From the NCBI GenBank assembly GCA_963674755.2, contig CAXXVS010000001.1:544001-608000 (forward strand): DNA of 64,000 bases, written 5' to 3'. Source of the DNA: Desulfobacterales bacterium. GTDB taxonomy: Bacteria; Desulfobacterota; Desulfobacteria; Desulfobacterales; UBA5852. Shown here in pieces: positions 41,235 to 51,111 of this stretch. Below the pieces are notes generated by a model. The model searched no databases. It was not told where the DNA came from and saw only the letters and a list, made by a program, of their open reading frames with translations. The position numbers and the translations under genes were made by a program. Position 1 is the stretch's first letter. Each line of letters starts with the position of its first letter.

Positions 41235-41642
41235 ATGGATGAGATGAATGCTCAGCTTTTAGACGCCTTGAGATCGCTGATGACCGGCGCAGGTGAAACA
41301 GACCTAACGCCCACCCGTTTGGAGCCTTTCTTCGTTCATTGCGCCCGGCGTCCGTTAGCGCTTGACGGTCGGCCTGTTTTGCTCCCTTTGAAAGCGCTTT
41401 TGTTGAATCAGGCCTACCTGCGTCCGGAAGTAAAAGCGGCCCTGGACAAGACGCTTCATGAACAATGGCGCCGGTTTACAGCGGCATCGCCGTCACCCGC
41501 CGTTGTTGCCAGAGAACCGCAGCCTCCCGCACCTGTGCCTGAACCGGCCCTGCCTGACGACGATCGTCCTGTCGTCCGGACAGTCAAAGAAGACTGGTTC
41601 GACCGTTTTTTAAACGGGGTGCGCTGTCTGTTTTTCCTTTAG
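41235..41642 (+). CDS. Hypothetical protein
   Basis: 135-aa ORF filling the gap; no recognised motif. Confidence 0.4.
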   Translation: MDEMNAQLLDALRSLMTGAGETDLTPTRLEPFFVHCARRPLALDGRPVLLPLKALLLNQAYLRPEVKAALDKTLHEQWRRFTAASPSPAVVAREPQPPAPVPEPALPDDDRPVVRTVKEDWFDRFLNGVRCLFFL

Positions 41643-41670
41643 CGGGGGTGTTCGCCCCTGACGATCCCAA

Positions 41671-42055
41671 TCAAAAACACGATGCCAGAGAGCCCTTCGA
41701 GGCATTACACGGCCTTTCAAGATGAGGGATCTGCCGCCAGTCGAGCCTCAGGAGTCCGGCGGCCTGGCGATCGACTGCCACGGGATCGACCCCGGCGATA
41801 ATGGCGCCGGCGGGCGGATCACAGCAAGGACCTCCCAAATGAAAAGCGGACAGCCCCAGCGATGCTTCCATGACGCTTAGATCCGGTGCGCGGCAGGCGT
41901 TGAGCTCACGGATGCTCTGGTGTAACTCTTCGTGGAAGGCGGCTTTGCGCCAGGAGCCCCATCCTGTTTTTCAAGGAGCCGGTGATGTCGGCCAGGGAAT
42001 GGGCTTTGAGCACCGGGACCGAGACCAGGTAGTGCGTGAAAGCGATTTCCGATAT
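41671..42055 (-). pseudogene. DUF362 family gene remnant (5'-truncated, internal deletion with frameshift)
   Basis: Frame 1 EIAFTHYLVSVPVLKAHSLADITGSLKNRMG; frame 2 GSWRKAAFHEELHQSIRELNACRAPDLSVMEAS...DPVAVDR; junction near 41960. Confidence 0.75.
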
Positions 42056-42074
42056 CGGACAAATGACGCAACCG

Positions 42075-43112
42075 TCAGCGGAAACGGTTCATGTTGGGGC
42101 GCCGCACCACCTCCGGGGCCTGGTCGAAGAAGCCTTCCAGGGTATCCCGCACGGCATCCATGCCCTGGGCCCGCATCAAGCGGGCATAGAGGGCGTGCCC
42201 GTAGAGAAAATTGGCGGAGAAGTAGCTGGCATAGCGCCGGAATCGCCGCAGGGCGGTGGCGGGCAGGTAATAGCGCTCCAGCAGATGGGTCAACTGTCGG
42301 GCACATTCCCGGTAGATCGCCGGGGGCGGCACCAGACGCCCGGTCCATTCGCCGAAGATCCAGGGCTTGGCCAGTGCCAGGCGGCCCAGGGCCACGCCGT
42401 CGCAGCCGGTGGTGCGCACCAGGCGCTCGCAGTCGGCCAGGTCGAAAACGTCGCCGTTGCCGAAAACCGGAATCTTCACGGCGGCTTTGATCTCGCCGAT
42501 ATAGGCCCATTTGGGCGGCCGGGTGCGGCGGTCCGGGGCCACCCGGGGATGGAAAGTCAGGGCATCGGCTCCGGCGGCCTCGAAGCGGCGAGCCAGGGCC
42601 ACCGCCGCCGCAGGCCGGTCTTCCCAACCGGTGCGGAATTTCACGAAAAGGGGAATATCCACCGCCCGTCGCACCGCGGCGACGATGGCCGCGGCCTTTT
42701 CCGGCTGCCGCAGCAGGGCCGCCCCGCAGCCTTTGCGGCAGACCGCGGCCACCGAGCAGCCGAAGTTGAGGTCCACCCCGAAAAACCCCTCCGCTTCGAT
42801 AATGGCGGCCGCCCGGGCCATGGCCTCCGGGTCGTTCCCGAAGATCTGGCACACCACCTCCTGGAGATTTTCCCCGGCGTGCCACATGAAGCCTCCCTGG
42901 TCGTGGCCGTTGCCGCAGGGCACCGAGCGGGCCCAGCACATCTCGGAGAACAGCAGGCCATAGCCGCCGTAGCCGGCGACCACCTGGCGAAAAGCGGTAT
43001 TGCCCAGTTTGGAGAGCGGTGCCAGGAACAGGCGGCCGGGAATCCGGCGGCCCCGCAGGGTTAAGGGCTGCCGCAGGAAGGCGGCAATGGTGTCGGTTGT
43101 TTCAGACGGCAT
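42075..43112 (-). CDS. tRNA-dihydrouridine synthase family protein
   Basis: LAPL, QIFG, DLNFGC, GAALLR, VKFR.GW, HPR, GNGDV, GVALGR. Confidence 0.92.
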   Translation of the reverse strand: MPSETTDTIAAFLRQPLTLRGRRIPGRLFLAPLSKLGNTAFRQVVAGYGGYGLLFSEMCWARSVPCGNGHDQGGFMWHAGENLQEVVCQIFGNDPEAMARAAAIIEAEGFFGVDLNFGCSVAAVCRKGCGAALLRQPEKAAAIVAAVRRAVDIPLFVKFRTGWEDRPAAAVALARRFEAAGADALTFHPRVAPDRRTRPPKWAYIGEIKAAVKIPVFGNGDVFDLADCERLVRTTGCDGVALGRLALAKPWIFGEWTGRLVPPPAIYRECARQLTHLLERYYLPATALRRFRRYASYFSANFLYGHALYARLMRAQGMDAVRDTLEGFFDQAPEVVRRPNMNRFR

Positions 43113-43220
43113 GGTTCCAAGACGTCTCGGTGGAGCGATTTCGCAGGGAGAGGCATGGTTTCACAGGACGTCCGAAATGGTCAACCCGCGAAGCGGGCGG
43201 CCAACCGGATGCCCGGGGGA

Positions 43221-44699
43221 TCAGCGCTCGCCATAGATCAGGTCGAAGAGCCGATCGGCCTGCTGCGCATCCAGTTTTTTAAGGATCTTGTATTCCTCCA
43301 AGGCGGCATGGCGCTCGCCGCGGCGCAGGAAGTAAAGACCCATGTTGTAATGGGCTTCGACAAAGTCCGGGTTGATGCGCAGCGCTTCCTTGTAGGCGTT
43401 GGCCTCCTGGCGGTCATTGCCCATGTTGGCGTAGATCAGCCCCAGGGCGAAATGGGCCGGGGCGAAATCCGGCTTGAGCGCCAGGACCTTTTGCTGGGCG
43501 TCCAGGGCGTCTGCGTACTGGCCGAGCCGGTTGCAGACCAGGCCCAGGCGGAAGTAGGCCGGGTAGAATTCAGGGTTCTGGGCGATAATGTCGCTGTAAG
43601 CCTGCTTTTCCTCCCCGGTTCGGCCCATCTGGCCCAGCGTCTCCCCCATCTCCAGGCGGGAAGGAATGTGTTTGGGATCGACGCCCAGAGCGTCCTGGAA
43701 GGTCGCCAGGGCGGATTCATAGCGGCCCAGCTGCCGGTAATAGATCGCCAGGTTGTAGTAGGCGTTGACATTGAGAGGGTCGGTGTGGATGACCTGACGG
43801 TAGGCGTCGATGGCTTCTTCGGGCTGTTCCAGACCGATGTAGCAGTTGCCCAGCCCGAACCAGGCGTTGGTGTCGTCCGGGTGGGTTTCAACGGCTTCCT
43901 GAAAATAGGTCAGGGCCTTTTTGTACTGTCCGCGGATGGTGAAGCGGAAGCCCTCCCGGCAGAGGTTTTGTACTTCCTTGGGATTGTCCTTGATCCGGGC
44001 ATAGGCCCACTCCCCAAGGGACGGTTGGGGGTCGTTGGCTTTCAATTTCGGCAGGTTGGTGCTGGCAATGGCAAAATTCAGATTCTGTCCCACCCGGGAC
44101 TGGAAAGAAATCACACCCAGCACCTCCCCGCGCCGATTGACCACCGGGCTGCCGCTGGACCCGCTGGAAATGGGGGCCGTGACCTGGAAAATAGCGCCCA
44201 CCTCGGGGATTTCCCGTATTGCCGATACGATGCCTTCGCTGACGGTTTGTTCCAGCCCCAGGGGGCTGCCCACCACCACGATGGGGTCGGCGATCTCCGG
44301 CAGGGTTTCGGTGATTTCCAGCCAGCGGCGGTGTTCGGCCGGTATATCCGCTGAAAGTTCGACCAGGTCCACCGTCTTGTTTTCGGCCAGAACGGAGATC
44401 ACCGGATAGGATTGACCCTCCCGGGTCTTGACGGTGGCCGCGTAGGCCCCTTCCAGCACGTGGTAGTTGGTGATCAGGTGGCCCTGGTTGTTGATGAAAA
44501 AGCCGGTTCCCAGACCGACGGGCTTCATATCCGGATCGAAGGTGCGGATGGTGACCACCGCCGCCTGCACCCGGTTCACCAACTGGTGGATGGCCACCGG
44601 CGGCTCCGGCCGCGGCGTCTTCCCGGCGCAGGCCACGAGCAGTCCCCCGATCAATAACAGGGCCGTCCATTGAAACGATTTTCCCGTCAAGGTTTTCAT
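43221..44699 (-). CDS. Lipoprotein: trypsin-like serine protease + TPR repeats
   Basis: Lipobox LVAC, GTGFF, TNYHV, DL, GSSGSP triad motifs; several TPRs. Confidence 0.9.
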   Translation of the reverse strand: MKTLTGKSFQWTALLLIGGLLVACAGKTPRPEPPVAIHQLVNRVQAAVVTIRTFDPDMKPVGLGTGFFINNQGHLITNYHVLEGAYAATVKTREGQSYPVISVLAENKTVDLVELSADIPAEHRRWLEITETLPEIADPIVVVGSPLGLEQTVSEGIVSAIREIPEVGAIFQVTAPISSGSSGSPVVNRRGEVLGVISFQSRVGQNLNFAIASTNLPKLKANDPQPSLGEWAYARIKDNPKEVQNLCREGFRFTIRGQYKKALTYFQEAVETHPDDTNAWFGLGNCYIGLEQPEEAIDAYRQVIHTDPLNVNAYYNLAIYYRQLGRYESALATFQDALGVDPKHIPSRLEMGETLGQMGRTGEEKQAYSDIIAQNPEFYPAYFRLGLVCNRLGQYADALDAQQKVLALKPDFAPAHFALGLIYANMGNDRQEANAYKEALRINPDFVEAHYNMGLYFLRRGERHAALEEYKILKKLDAQQADRLFDLIYGER

Positions 44700-44853
44700 T
44701 GTGCCTTATTCCATACTGGGGAGGGTTGGGAGCGTCGGTCCTCGCTTATACGATTACAATATGCGGCGACCCGCCGGCAGTGTCAATTGGCGATGGCGCT
44801 GGAATGTGAGACCGGCGCTGTGGACGGTCTTCGGCTGACCGGCCTGGCAGGGA

Positions 44854-46425
44854 TCAGACAATCGTGAGGCTTTTGGGGCCTGCGGACATGCGATCACCGT
44901 TTGCCCGGTCGCGCCGCACAGCTTCCGGCAGGTTTTCCAGGATGTCCCGGGCCGTGACGCCGTCGGCGCCCTTGGCCGCGGCCGCGATGTCGCCCGCCGC
45001 GCCGTGCAGGGCGACGCCCTTGCAGACCGCCATGTCGAGGGGCAGACCGGCGCCCCGCATGGTCGCAATGACCCCGGTCAGGACATCGCCCGCCCCGGCC
45101 GTCGCCATGGCATGGCTGCCGGTGGTGTTGATGAAGATCCGCCCGTCCGGGCAGCCGATGAGCGAATGAGCGCCTTTGAGCACCATATAGGCGTTCAGCC
45201 GGGCGGCGGTTTGCTGCAGGATGCCCACGGGGTCCTCCCGGATGGCCGCCACCGTCAGGCCCGTTAAACGGGCCATCTCGCCTAAGTGTGGGGTGAGTAC
45301 CGTTTCACCGGGCCGGTCCGCCAGGCTTTCCCTGGTCGTGCTGACGGCGGTCAGCCCGTCGCCGTCGATGAGCAGCGGCTGCGGCAGGGTTTCCACCAGG
45401 CGTCGGACGAGCCGGTCGGTCTCCTCGTCCCGGGACAGACCCGGACCGATGACCACCATGTCCCGGGAGCGGGCGGCCTCGATCAGGCGGTCCAGATTAT
45501 CGAGGGCCAGGCTGCCGGCCGCGGTTGCGACCTGGGGCAGGAAGACCAGCTCCGGTCCCAGGGCGCCGATGGTCGGCACGATGGCGGCCGGCGCGGCCAG
45601 GCGGGCATACCCCCCGCCGGATTTGAGCAGGGCCATGGCGGCCAGGAAGGGCGCCCCGAAATAGCCGGCGGCCCCGCAGATGAACAAAGCGTCGCCGAAG
45701 GAGCCCTTGTGACCGGCCGGATCACGGTCCGGCAGGGGCGGGGGCGCATTGAGGGCGATGGCCAGTTCGGAGGCCCGGGTCAGGGCCGGTGGAAATGAAA
45801 TGCGGGTCACAAAAAGGTCGCCTCCGTTGGCAAAGCCGGGATAGAGCAAATTGCCGACCTTGGGCAGCCCGAAGGTAACCGTCAGATCGGCCCGGATGGC
45901 GGTTCCCATGACCTGCCCGGTGTCGCCGTGGATGCCCGAGGGAATGTCCAGACTGACCACCGGCCGCCGGCTGGCATTGACACGTTCGATAACTTCGGCA
46001 TAGGCGCCCCGCACGGGCTTGGAGAGACCGGTGCCGAGAATAGCGTCCACCACGAGCTGGCCGGCGGCCAGGTCTTCATCCAGGGCCTCCGGCGAGGCAT
46101 AGGGCTGCACCGGAATGGCCAGACTTTGAATGATTTTCCAGTTGACCGCGGCTGCGCCCCGGTAGCGTTCCGGATCCCCCAGCAGCACCACTTTCGGCTT
46201 GCCGCCATCGGAGAAGATCTTACGGGCCACCACCAGACCGTCGCCGCCGTTGTTGCCGCTGCCGCAGAGCACCAGGATGCGCCGGCCGTTCACCGGGAAG
46301 CGCTCCCCCAGGACCCGGTAGGCGGCCAAGCCGGCGTTTTCCATCAAAAGGGTCTCGGGAATACCGTAGTCTTCGATGGCGCGGCGGTCCATGGCGCGCA
46401 TTTGGGAAACCGTAGCGATTTTCAT
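44854..46425 (-). CDS. nnr: Bifunctional NAD(P)H-hydrate epimerase/dehydratase
   Basis: LMENAG, GSGNNGGDG, DIPSG; HKGSFG, GPGL, TPHLGE, ATAGAGDVL. Confidence 0.95.
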   Translation of the reverse strand: MKIATVSQMRAMDRRAIEDYGIPETLLMENAGLAAYRVLGERFPVNGRRILVLCGSGNNGGDGLVVARKIFSDGGKPKVVLLGDPERYRGAAAVNWKIIQSLAIPVQPYASPEALDEDLAAGQLVVDAILGTGLSKPVRGAYAEVIERVNASRRPVVSLDIPSGIHGDTGQVMGTAIRADLTVTFGLPKVGNLLYPGFANGGDLFVTRISFPPALTRASELAIALNAPPPLPDRDPAGHKGSFGDALFICGAAGYFGAPFLAAMALLKSGGGYARLAAPAAIVPTIGALGPELVFLPQVATAAGSLALDNLDRLIEAARSRDMVVIGPGLSRDEETDRLVRRLVETLPQPLLIDGDGLTAVSTTRESLADRPGETVLTPHLGEMARLTGLTVAAIREDPVGILQQTAARLNAYMVLKGAHSLIGCPDGRIFINTTGSHAMATAGAGDVLTGVIATMRGAGLPLDMAVCKGVALHGAAGDIAAAAKGADGVTARDILENLPEAVRRDRANGDRMSAGPKSLTIV

Positions 46426-46610
46426 GATATTTTTCCTCAGGCGGCATAGCTGCCAGGCCCATAGATAATGGACGTCCGGTGCGGACGCTGATGATTTCCC
46501 CTACCAGACAAGCTTCGGGACGATCAAGGGAAAAGGGGATCGCCGGATGTCGAGATGCTTGACAAACCGGGCGGCCTCGGCTATGGGCAAATGACTTGAG
46601 AGGAATCGGG

Positions 46611-46658
46611 ATGCAAATGATCATGGGCTACGGCAACTGGTGGTGGCCGGCAGTTTGA
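46611..46658 (+). CDS. Trp-rich leader peptide MQMIMGYGNWWWPAV
   Basis: GAGAGG RBS, ATG at 46611, TGGTGGTGG at 46638-46646, TGA at 46656; TTGACA at 46559 upstream. Confidence 0.85.
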   Translation: MQMIMGYGNWWWPAV

Positions 46659-46751
46659 AGCGGCTCGCCACCAGACCCTACATCCTTTAAAGAACAGGGC
46701 TGTGAGCGGCTTCAGCGTGAGGCGTTGGAGAAGTTCATGGCTCTTTTTTTT
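46637..46751 (+). promoter_or_regulatory. Ribosome-dependent transcription attenuator (1:2, 2:3, 3:4 + U8)
   Basis: 1:2 = 46637-46649 / 46661-46674; 2:3 = 46657-46668 / 46702-46713; terminator = 46696-46707 / 46733-46744 with T8 at 46744-46751 (paired by eye, G-U allowed). Confidence 0.8.
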
Positions 46752-46894
46752 GACGGCTTCATAAATCGCTCAAAATCGGCGCTGTGCGGCCTTCGGCCCC
46801 GCGCTAGCGGTATTCCTCGTCGCGGCGGCGTTCTGATGCACGCCGCTCTCCTCGGAATTCGCACGCCGTATCTTGAACGGTTTATGAAGCCGTC
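46752..46894 (+). repeat. Palindromic intergenic element (copy B)
   Basis: GACGGCTTCATAAA...TTTATGAAGCCGTC terminal IR; core GCGGCGTT-CTGATGC-ACGCCGC. Confidence 0.75.
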
Positions 46895-47022
46895 GGAATA
46901 GTTACGCTCCTCGAAACTCATTCCTTGGAGGAGCACCACGGGTTCGTCCCCTTCTGCTATCACCCGGTTGGATTCGGTGGGACCGATCGCACGAAGAAAC
47001 TGGAACGAGGAAATTTCAAACG

Positions 47023-48831
47023 ATGCGCCGATTGATGTTGGGCAATGAAGCGATCGCCCGGGGACTGCTGGAAAACGGCTGCGCCATGGCCACCTCCTAC
47101 CCCGGCACGCCCGCTTCGGAAATCTTGGCTTCCCTGGCGGCCATGCGCACGGCCGAGCAGGTCGACATGCACGTGCAGTGGGCCGTCAACGAAAAGGTGG
47201 CCTTCGAAATCGCCTATGCCGGGGCCATGAGCGGTTTGCGCACGGCGGTCAGCATGAAGCAGGTGGGCCTCAACGTGGCCTCGGACCCCTTGATGAGCGC
47301 AGCCTACATGGGCACCAAGGGCGGGTTCGTGGTGATCAGCGCCGACGATCCCGGTCCCCACTCGTCCCAGACCGAGCAGGACAGCCGCATGATGGCCATG
47401 ATGGCCAAGATCCCGGTCCTGGATCCGGATTCCCCCCAACAGGCCAAAGCCATGGTGGCGCTGGCTTTCGATCTGTCGGAGGCCTTTGAGATCCCGGTCA
47501 TGGTGCGGCCCACCACCCGGGTATGCCACGCCCGCCAGGACATCGCCCTGGATGCCCTGACGCCCCTTGGTCGTCAGCCGGTATTCGAGCGCAATCCCGC
47601 CCGCTGGGCGGCCACGCCCAAGTTTCGGTACCATCTGCACGGGGAGCTGGAAGACAAGCTGGCCAAGATCGCGGCCTATGAGGCCACCGCTCCGGTTCAG
47701 CTCAACCCCCACGTCACCGGCCCCCAGGCCGTGGTCGCGGCCGGTGTGGCCCTGGCCCACACGATGGAAATCATGCGGGGGCTGGGGCTGTGGGATACTC
47801 TGCCCATCTACCAGGTGCGCCAGCCCTATCCCCTGCACACGGACTTCATCGCCCGGCTGGAAGACGCCCATGCCTCGCTCCTGGTGATCGAAGAGACCAC
47901 GGGCATGATCGAGATGCAGTTGGGGGACCGCCATCGGGTGGCCGGCAAACAAAGCGGGGCCGTGCCCCGGGTGGGTGAGCTGGCGCCGGAAGCCATCGAA
48001 GACATTTTATGCCGTTTCAGCGGACGATCCCGTACCGTCGCGCGGCCGCCGGCCGTGGCCGGCCGACGGCCGACCCTGTGTGCCGGATGCCCCCACCGGG
48101 CCAGTTTTTTTGCCATCAAGAAAGCGGCCCCCCGGGCCATCTACACGAGTGATATCGGCTGCTACACCCTGGGACTGAACCTGGGGGCCGTGGATACGGT
48201 GTTGTGCATGGGGGCCGCCATCAGCCAGGCGGCCGGCTTCTATCACGCGTTCAAGGACCAGGCCAAACCCCGGGACGTGGTGGCCACGATCGGGGATTCC
48301 ACCTTCTTCCATGCCGGTTTGCCGGCCCTGGTGGATGCGGTGGCCCATCGGGTCAAGATGGTGCTGGTCATCCTGGACAACCGTACCACGGCCATGACCG
48401 GCAACCAGCCCACTCCGGAAAGCGGGTGGGGGGCCTGCGGCGAACCGTTGCAGGCCGTCAACCTGGAACAATTGGTGCGCGGCTGCGGCGTCGACTTCGT
48501 GCGGGTGGCCGACCCCTACCGGACCGAGGCCCTGATCAAGGTTCTCAAGGAAGCCCTGGCCCATAGCCGGGAGACCGCAGCGCCGGCGGTGGTCATCTCC
48601 CGGGCCCCCTGTCTGATCGACAAACAGGCCACGCTCACCAAAAGCACGGGCGCGCCCCCTGTTGTAAGCGATGTGTGCGACGGCTGCGGATATTGCGTCC
48701 AGCAGTTCGAGTGCCCGGCCATCGTCATGGCCGAAGACGAATCCCATGTGACCATCGACTCCGTGCTGTGCAGCGGATGCGGTGTGTGCGCGCAGGTCTG
48801 CCCGAAGCATGCCATCCGAGGCGACGCTTAG
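47023..48831 (+). CDS. iorA: Indolepyruvate:ferredoxin oxidoreductase alpha subunit
   Basis: [53 protein letters not shown], two C-terminal 4Fe-4S motifs. Confidence 0.95.
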   Translation: MRRLMLGNEAIARGLLENGCAMATSYPGTPASEILASLAAMRTAEQVDMHVQWAVNEKVAFEIAYAGAMSGLRTAVSMKQVGLNVASDPLMSAAYMGTKGGFVVISADDPGPHSSQTEQDSRMMAMMAKIPVLDPDSPQQAKAMVALAFDLSEAFEIPVMVRPTTRVCHARQDIALDALTPLGRQPVFERNPARWAATPKFRYHLHGELEDKLAKIAAYEATAPVQLNPHVTGPQAVVAAGVALAHTMEIMRGLGLWDTLPIYQVRQPYPLHTDFIARLEDAHASLLVIEETTGMIEMQLGDRHRVAGKQSGAVPRVGELAPEAIEDILCRFSGRSRTVARPPAVAGRRPTLCAGCPHRASFFAIKKAAPRAIYTSDIGCYTLGLNLGAVDTVLCMGAAISQAAGFYHAFKDQAKPRDVVATIGDSTFFHAGLPALVDAVAHRVKMVLVILDNRTTAMTGNQPTPESGWGACGEPLQAVNLEQLVRGCGVDFVRVADPYRTEALIKVLKEALAHSRETAAPAVVISRAPCLIDKQATLTKSTGAPPVVSDVCDGCGYCVQQFECPAIVMAEDESHVTIDSVLCSGCGVCAQVCPKHAIRGDA

Positions 48832-48879
48832 GGCCGGTGATCGTTTTGACGAAAGAAGATCGAGAGTGAAGGAAGTCCT

Positions 48880-49434
48880 ATGACGGAAACGACGCGCCAG
48901 CAGGTGGTCATCAGTGGAGTGGGAGGCCAGGGGGTGCTGTTCGTTACACGCCTGCTGGCGGAAGCCGCCATTCGCAAAGGGTTGCCGGTCCTGACATCGG
49001 AAACCCATGGCATGGCCCAGCGGGGCGGTACGGTTATCTCCCACTTGAAGGTGGGCGATTTTACCAGCCCCCTGATCCGTAGCGGGCATGCCGATGTCCT
49101 ATTGGCCCTGAAGGCCGAAGGCGCCGCCCAGCACGGTCATTATCTGCATGACGGGGGATGGGCGCTGGTCAATGACCGTCACGGCAAAGAGGATACGGCA
49201 GGCGGTTGCTGGCAACGGCTGGATGCCGATCGCCTGGCGCAGGATAGCGGCAACCCGCGGGCCGTCAACCTGGTGGTCCTGGGCGGGGCGCTGGACCAAT
49301 CGGCGCCGTTGCCGCTGTTTTGCACCTTGAACGATATTCAGGCGGTTCTGGCAGCGCGCCTGGCCGCCAAACCGGATTTGTTGGAGATGTCCCGCAAGGC
49401 GCTGGCGGCAGGGTTGCAGGCGGTTGCCCCCTGA
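48880..49434 (+). CDS. iorB: Indolepyruvate oxidoreductase beta subunit
   Basis: GVGGQG, ETHGMAQRGG, N.VVLG. Confidence 0.92.
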   Translation: MTETTRQQVVISGVGGQGVLFVTRLLAEAAIRKGLPVLTSETHGMAQRGGTVISHLKVGDFTSPLIRSGHADVLLALKAEGAAQHGHYLHDGGWALVNDRHGKEDTAGGCWQRLDADRLAQDSGNPRAVNLVVLGGALDQSAPLPLFCTLNDIQAVLAARLAAKPDLLEMSRKALAAGLQAVAP

Positions 49435-49534
49435 GGGACCCGTAAGAGGGGAAAAGCCCGCGAGTGCCCATCATTAATCGCAGTCACACCGGTGCCCGGC
49501 ACCGGTGTACTGAAGGGGTGGAGGAGAGCGAACG

Positions 49535-50554
49535 ATGAGAAGAAAATCAGTTGCATGGACGACGCTGGGCCTGCTCGTTGGGGTGCTGAGCCTGCTTTTG
49601 ATGCCGGGGGCGGTCAGTGCCGGGACGATCACCTTGAGCTATGCCAATTTCCCGCCGGCCCCGACCTTTCCCTGTGTCCAGATGGAGCGCTGGAAGACCG
49701 AGGTGGAAAAGCGCACCAACGGGCAGGTGGCCATCAAGACCTATCCCGGCGGCACCCTGCTGGGCGCCAAGGAAATGATGGACGGCGTGATTGCCGGCCA
49801 GGCCGACATCGGCAACCTGTGCATGGCCTACCAGCCCGGCCGCTTCATCGTGACCAACGCCACCAGCCTGCCGCTGGGTATCCCCAACGCCCGTACGGGC
49901 AGCCTGGTTCTCTGGGCGCTTTATAACAAATACCACCCCAAGGCCTTTAGCCAAGTGAAGGTGCTCACCATGTTTACCACGGCACCGGCCAATATCATGT
50001 CGAAAACCCCCGTACGCAGTCTCGACGATATCAAAGGCCTGGATCTGCGCGCTTCCGGCGGGGCCGCCCAGATCCTGAAAGCCTGGGGCGCCAACCAGGT
50101 GGGCATGCCCATGTCGGCCACGCCGGAAGCCTTGCAGAAAGGTGTCGTACAGGGGCTTTTTTCCTCCCTGGAAGTCATGAAAGACCTCAAATTTGCTGAA
50201 ATTTGCCGCTATGTCACCATGACGGACACCGTCATCTACCCCTTTGCCGTGGTCATGAACATGGACCGCTGGCAGGCCCTGCCGCCGGATGTCCAGAAGG
50301 TGATGGACGACCTGGCCGAGGAACAGGCCGAATGGACCGGTGCTTACATGGATCAGCATGTGAAGGAAGCCATGGATTGGTCGGTCAAGGAATATAAGGT
50401 GGACGTCATCCAGCTGGACGCCAAGGCCAAGGCCGCCTGGGACCAGAAGCTGAAGTTCATCACGGACCAGTGGATGGCCGACGCCAAGGCCAAGGGGTTT
50501 CCCGCCGAAGCCATCGTGACCGACATCCGGAAGCTGACGGAACAATATCAATAG
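49535..50554 (+). CDS. dctP: TRAP transporter substrate-binding protein
   Basis: Signal peptide, YPGGTL, KGLDLR, EALQKGVVQG, W.ALPPD. Confidence 0.92.
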   Translation: MRRKSVAWTTLGLLVGVLSLLLMPGAVSAGTITLSYANFPPAPTFPCVQMERWKTEVEKRTNGQVAIKTYPGGTLLGAKEMMDGVIAGQADIGNLCMAYQPGRFIVTNATSLPLGIPNARTGSLVLWALYNKYHPKAFSQVKVLTMFTTAPANIMSKTPVRSLDDIKGLDLRASGGAAQILKAWGANQVGMPMSATPEALQKGVVQGLFSSLEVMKDLKFAEICRYVTMTDTVIYPFAVVMNMDRWQALPPDVQKVMDDLAEEQAEWTGAYMDQHVKEAMDWSVKEYKVDVIQLDAKAKAAWDQKLKFITDQWMADAKAKGFPAEAIVTDIRKLTEQYQ

Positions 50555-50570
50555 AAACATCAGGCCAGCG

Positions 50571-50605
50571 GGGCCGCAATCGTCGCCGGCGATTGCGGCC
50601 CTTTT
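50571..50605 (+). terminator. Intra-operon hairpin / partial terminator after dctP
   Basis: GGGCCGCAATCG-N7-CGATTGCGGCCC followed by TTTT. Confidence 0.6.
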
Positions 50606-50619
50606 GTTGAGGGGGCACC

Positions 50620-51111
50620 ATGGCAGTCCTGGAGCGCGTCACGCGTTTGCTGAACCGGCTGTTCGTTTTTTGCGGCGGCATGTTCCTGGTGGGCATGATC
50701 CTGCTCACCTGTGCCAATATCGCCTGCCGGGCCGTGTGGGAGCCGATTCGGGGCACGTTCGAACTGATGGGCTATTTCGGGGCCGTAGCCACCGCCGCGG
50801 CCCTGGCCTTTACCCAGATCAACCACGGCCATATCGCCGTCAATGTGTTGATCAACCACTTTTCCCCCAAGACCCGCCGATGCCTGAACGCCTTCAACAA
50901 CGCGACCTGCGCCCTTTTCTTCGCCGTGATCGCCTGGCAGATCGGATTGAAGGCTCATGGGTTCATGCAGACGGGTGAGGTGTCGGAAACCCTGCGGGTG
51001 ATTTTTTATCCCTTCACCTATATGGTGGCCGCCGGCTGCGGGGTGATCGCGCTGGTGTTTGTGGTGGATCTGCTCCGGCCGCTGCGTTCCGGCCCGGGAG
51101 ACCCGCCATGA
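50620..51111 (+). CDS. dctQ: TRAP transporter small permease
   Basis: Four TMs, PIRGTFEL, GHIAV. Confidence 0.9.
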   Translation: MAVLERVTRLLNRLFVFCGGMFLVGMILLTCANIACRAVWEPIRGTFELMGYFGAVATAAALAFTQINHGHIAVNVLINHFSPKTRRCLNAFNNATCALFFAVIAWQIGLKAHGFMQTGEVSETLRVIFYPFTYMVAAGCGVIALVFVVDLLRPLRSGPGDPP

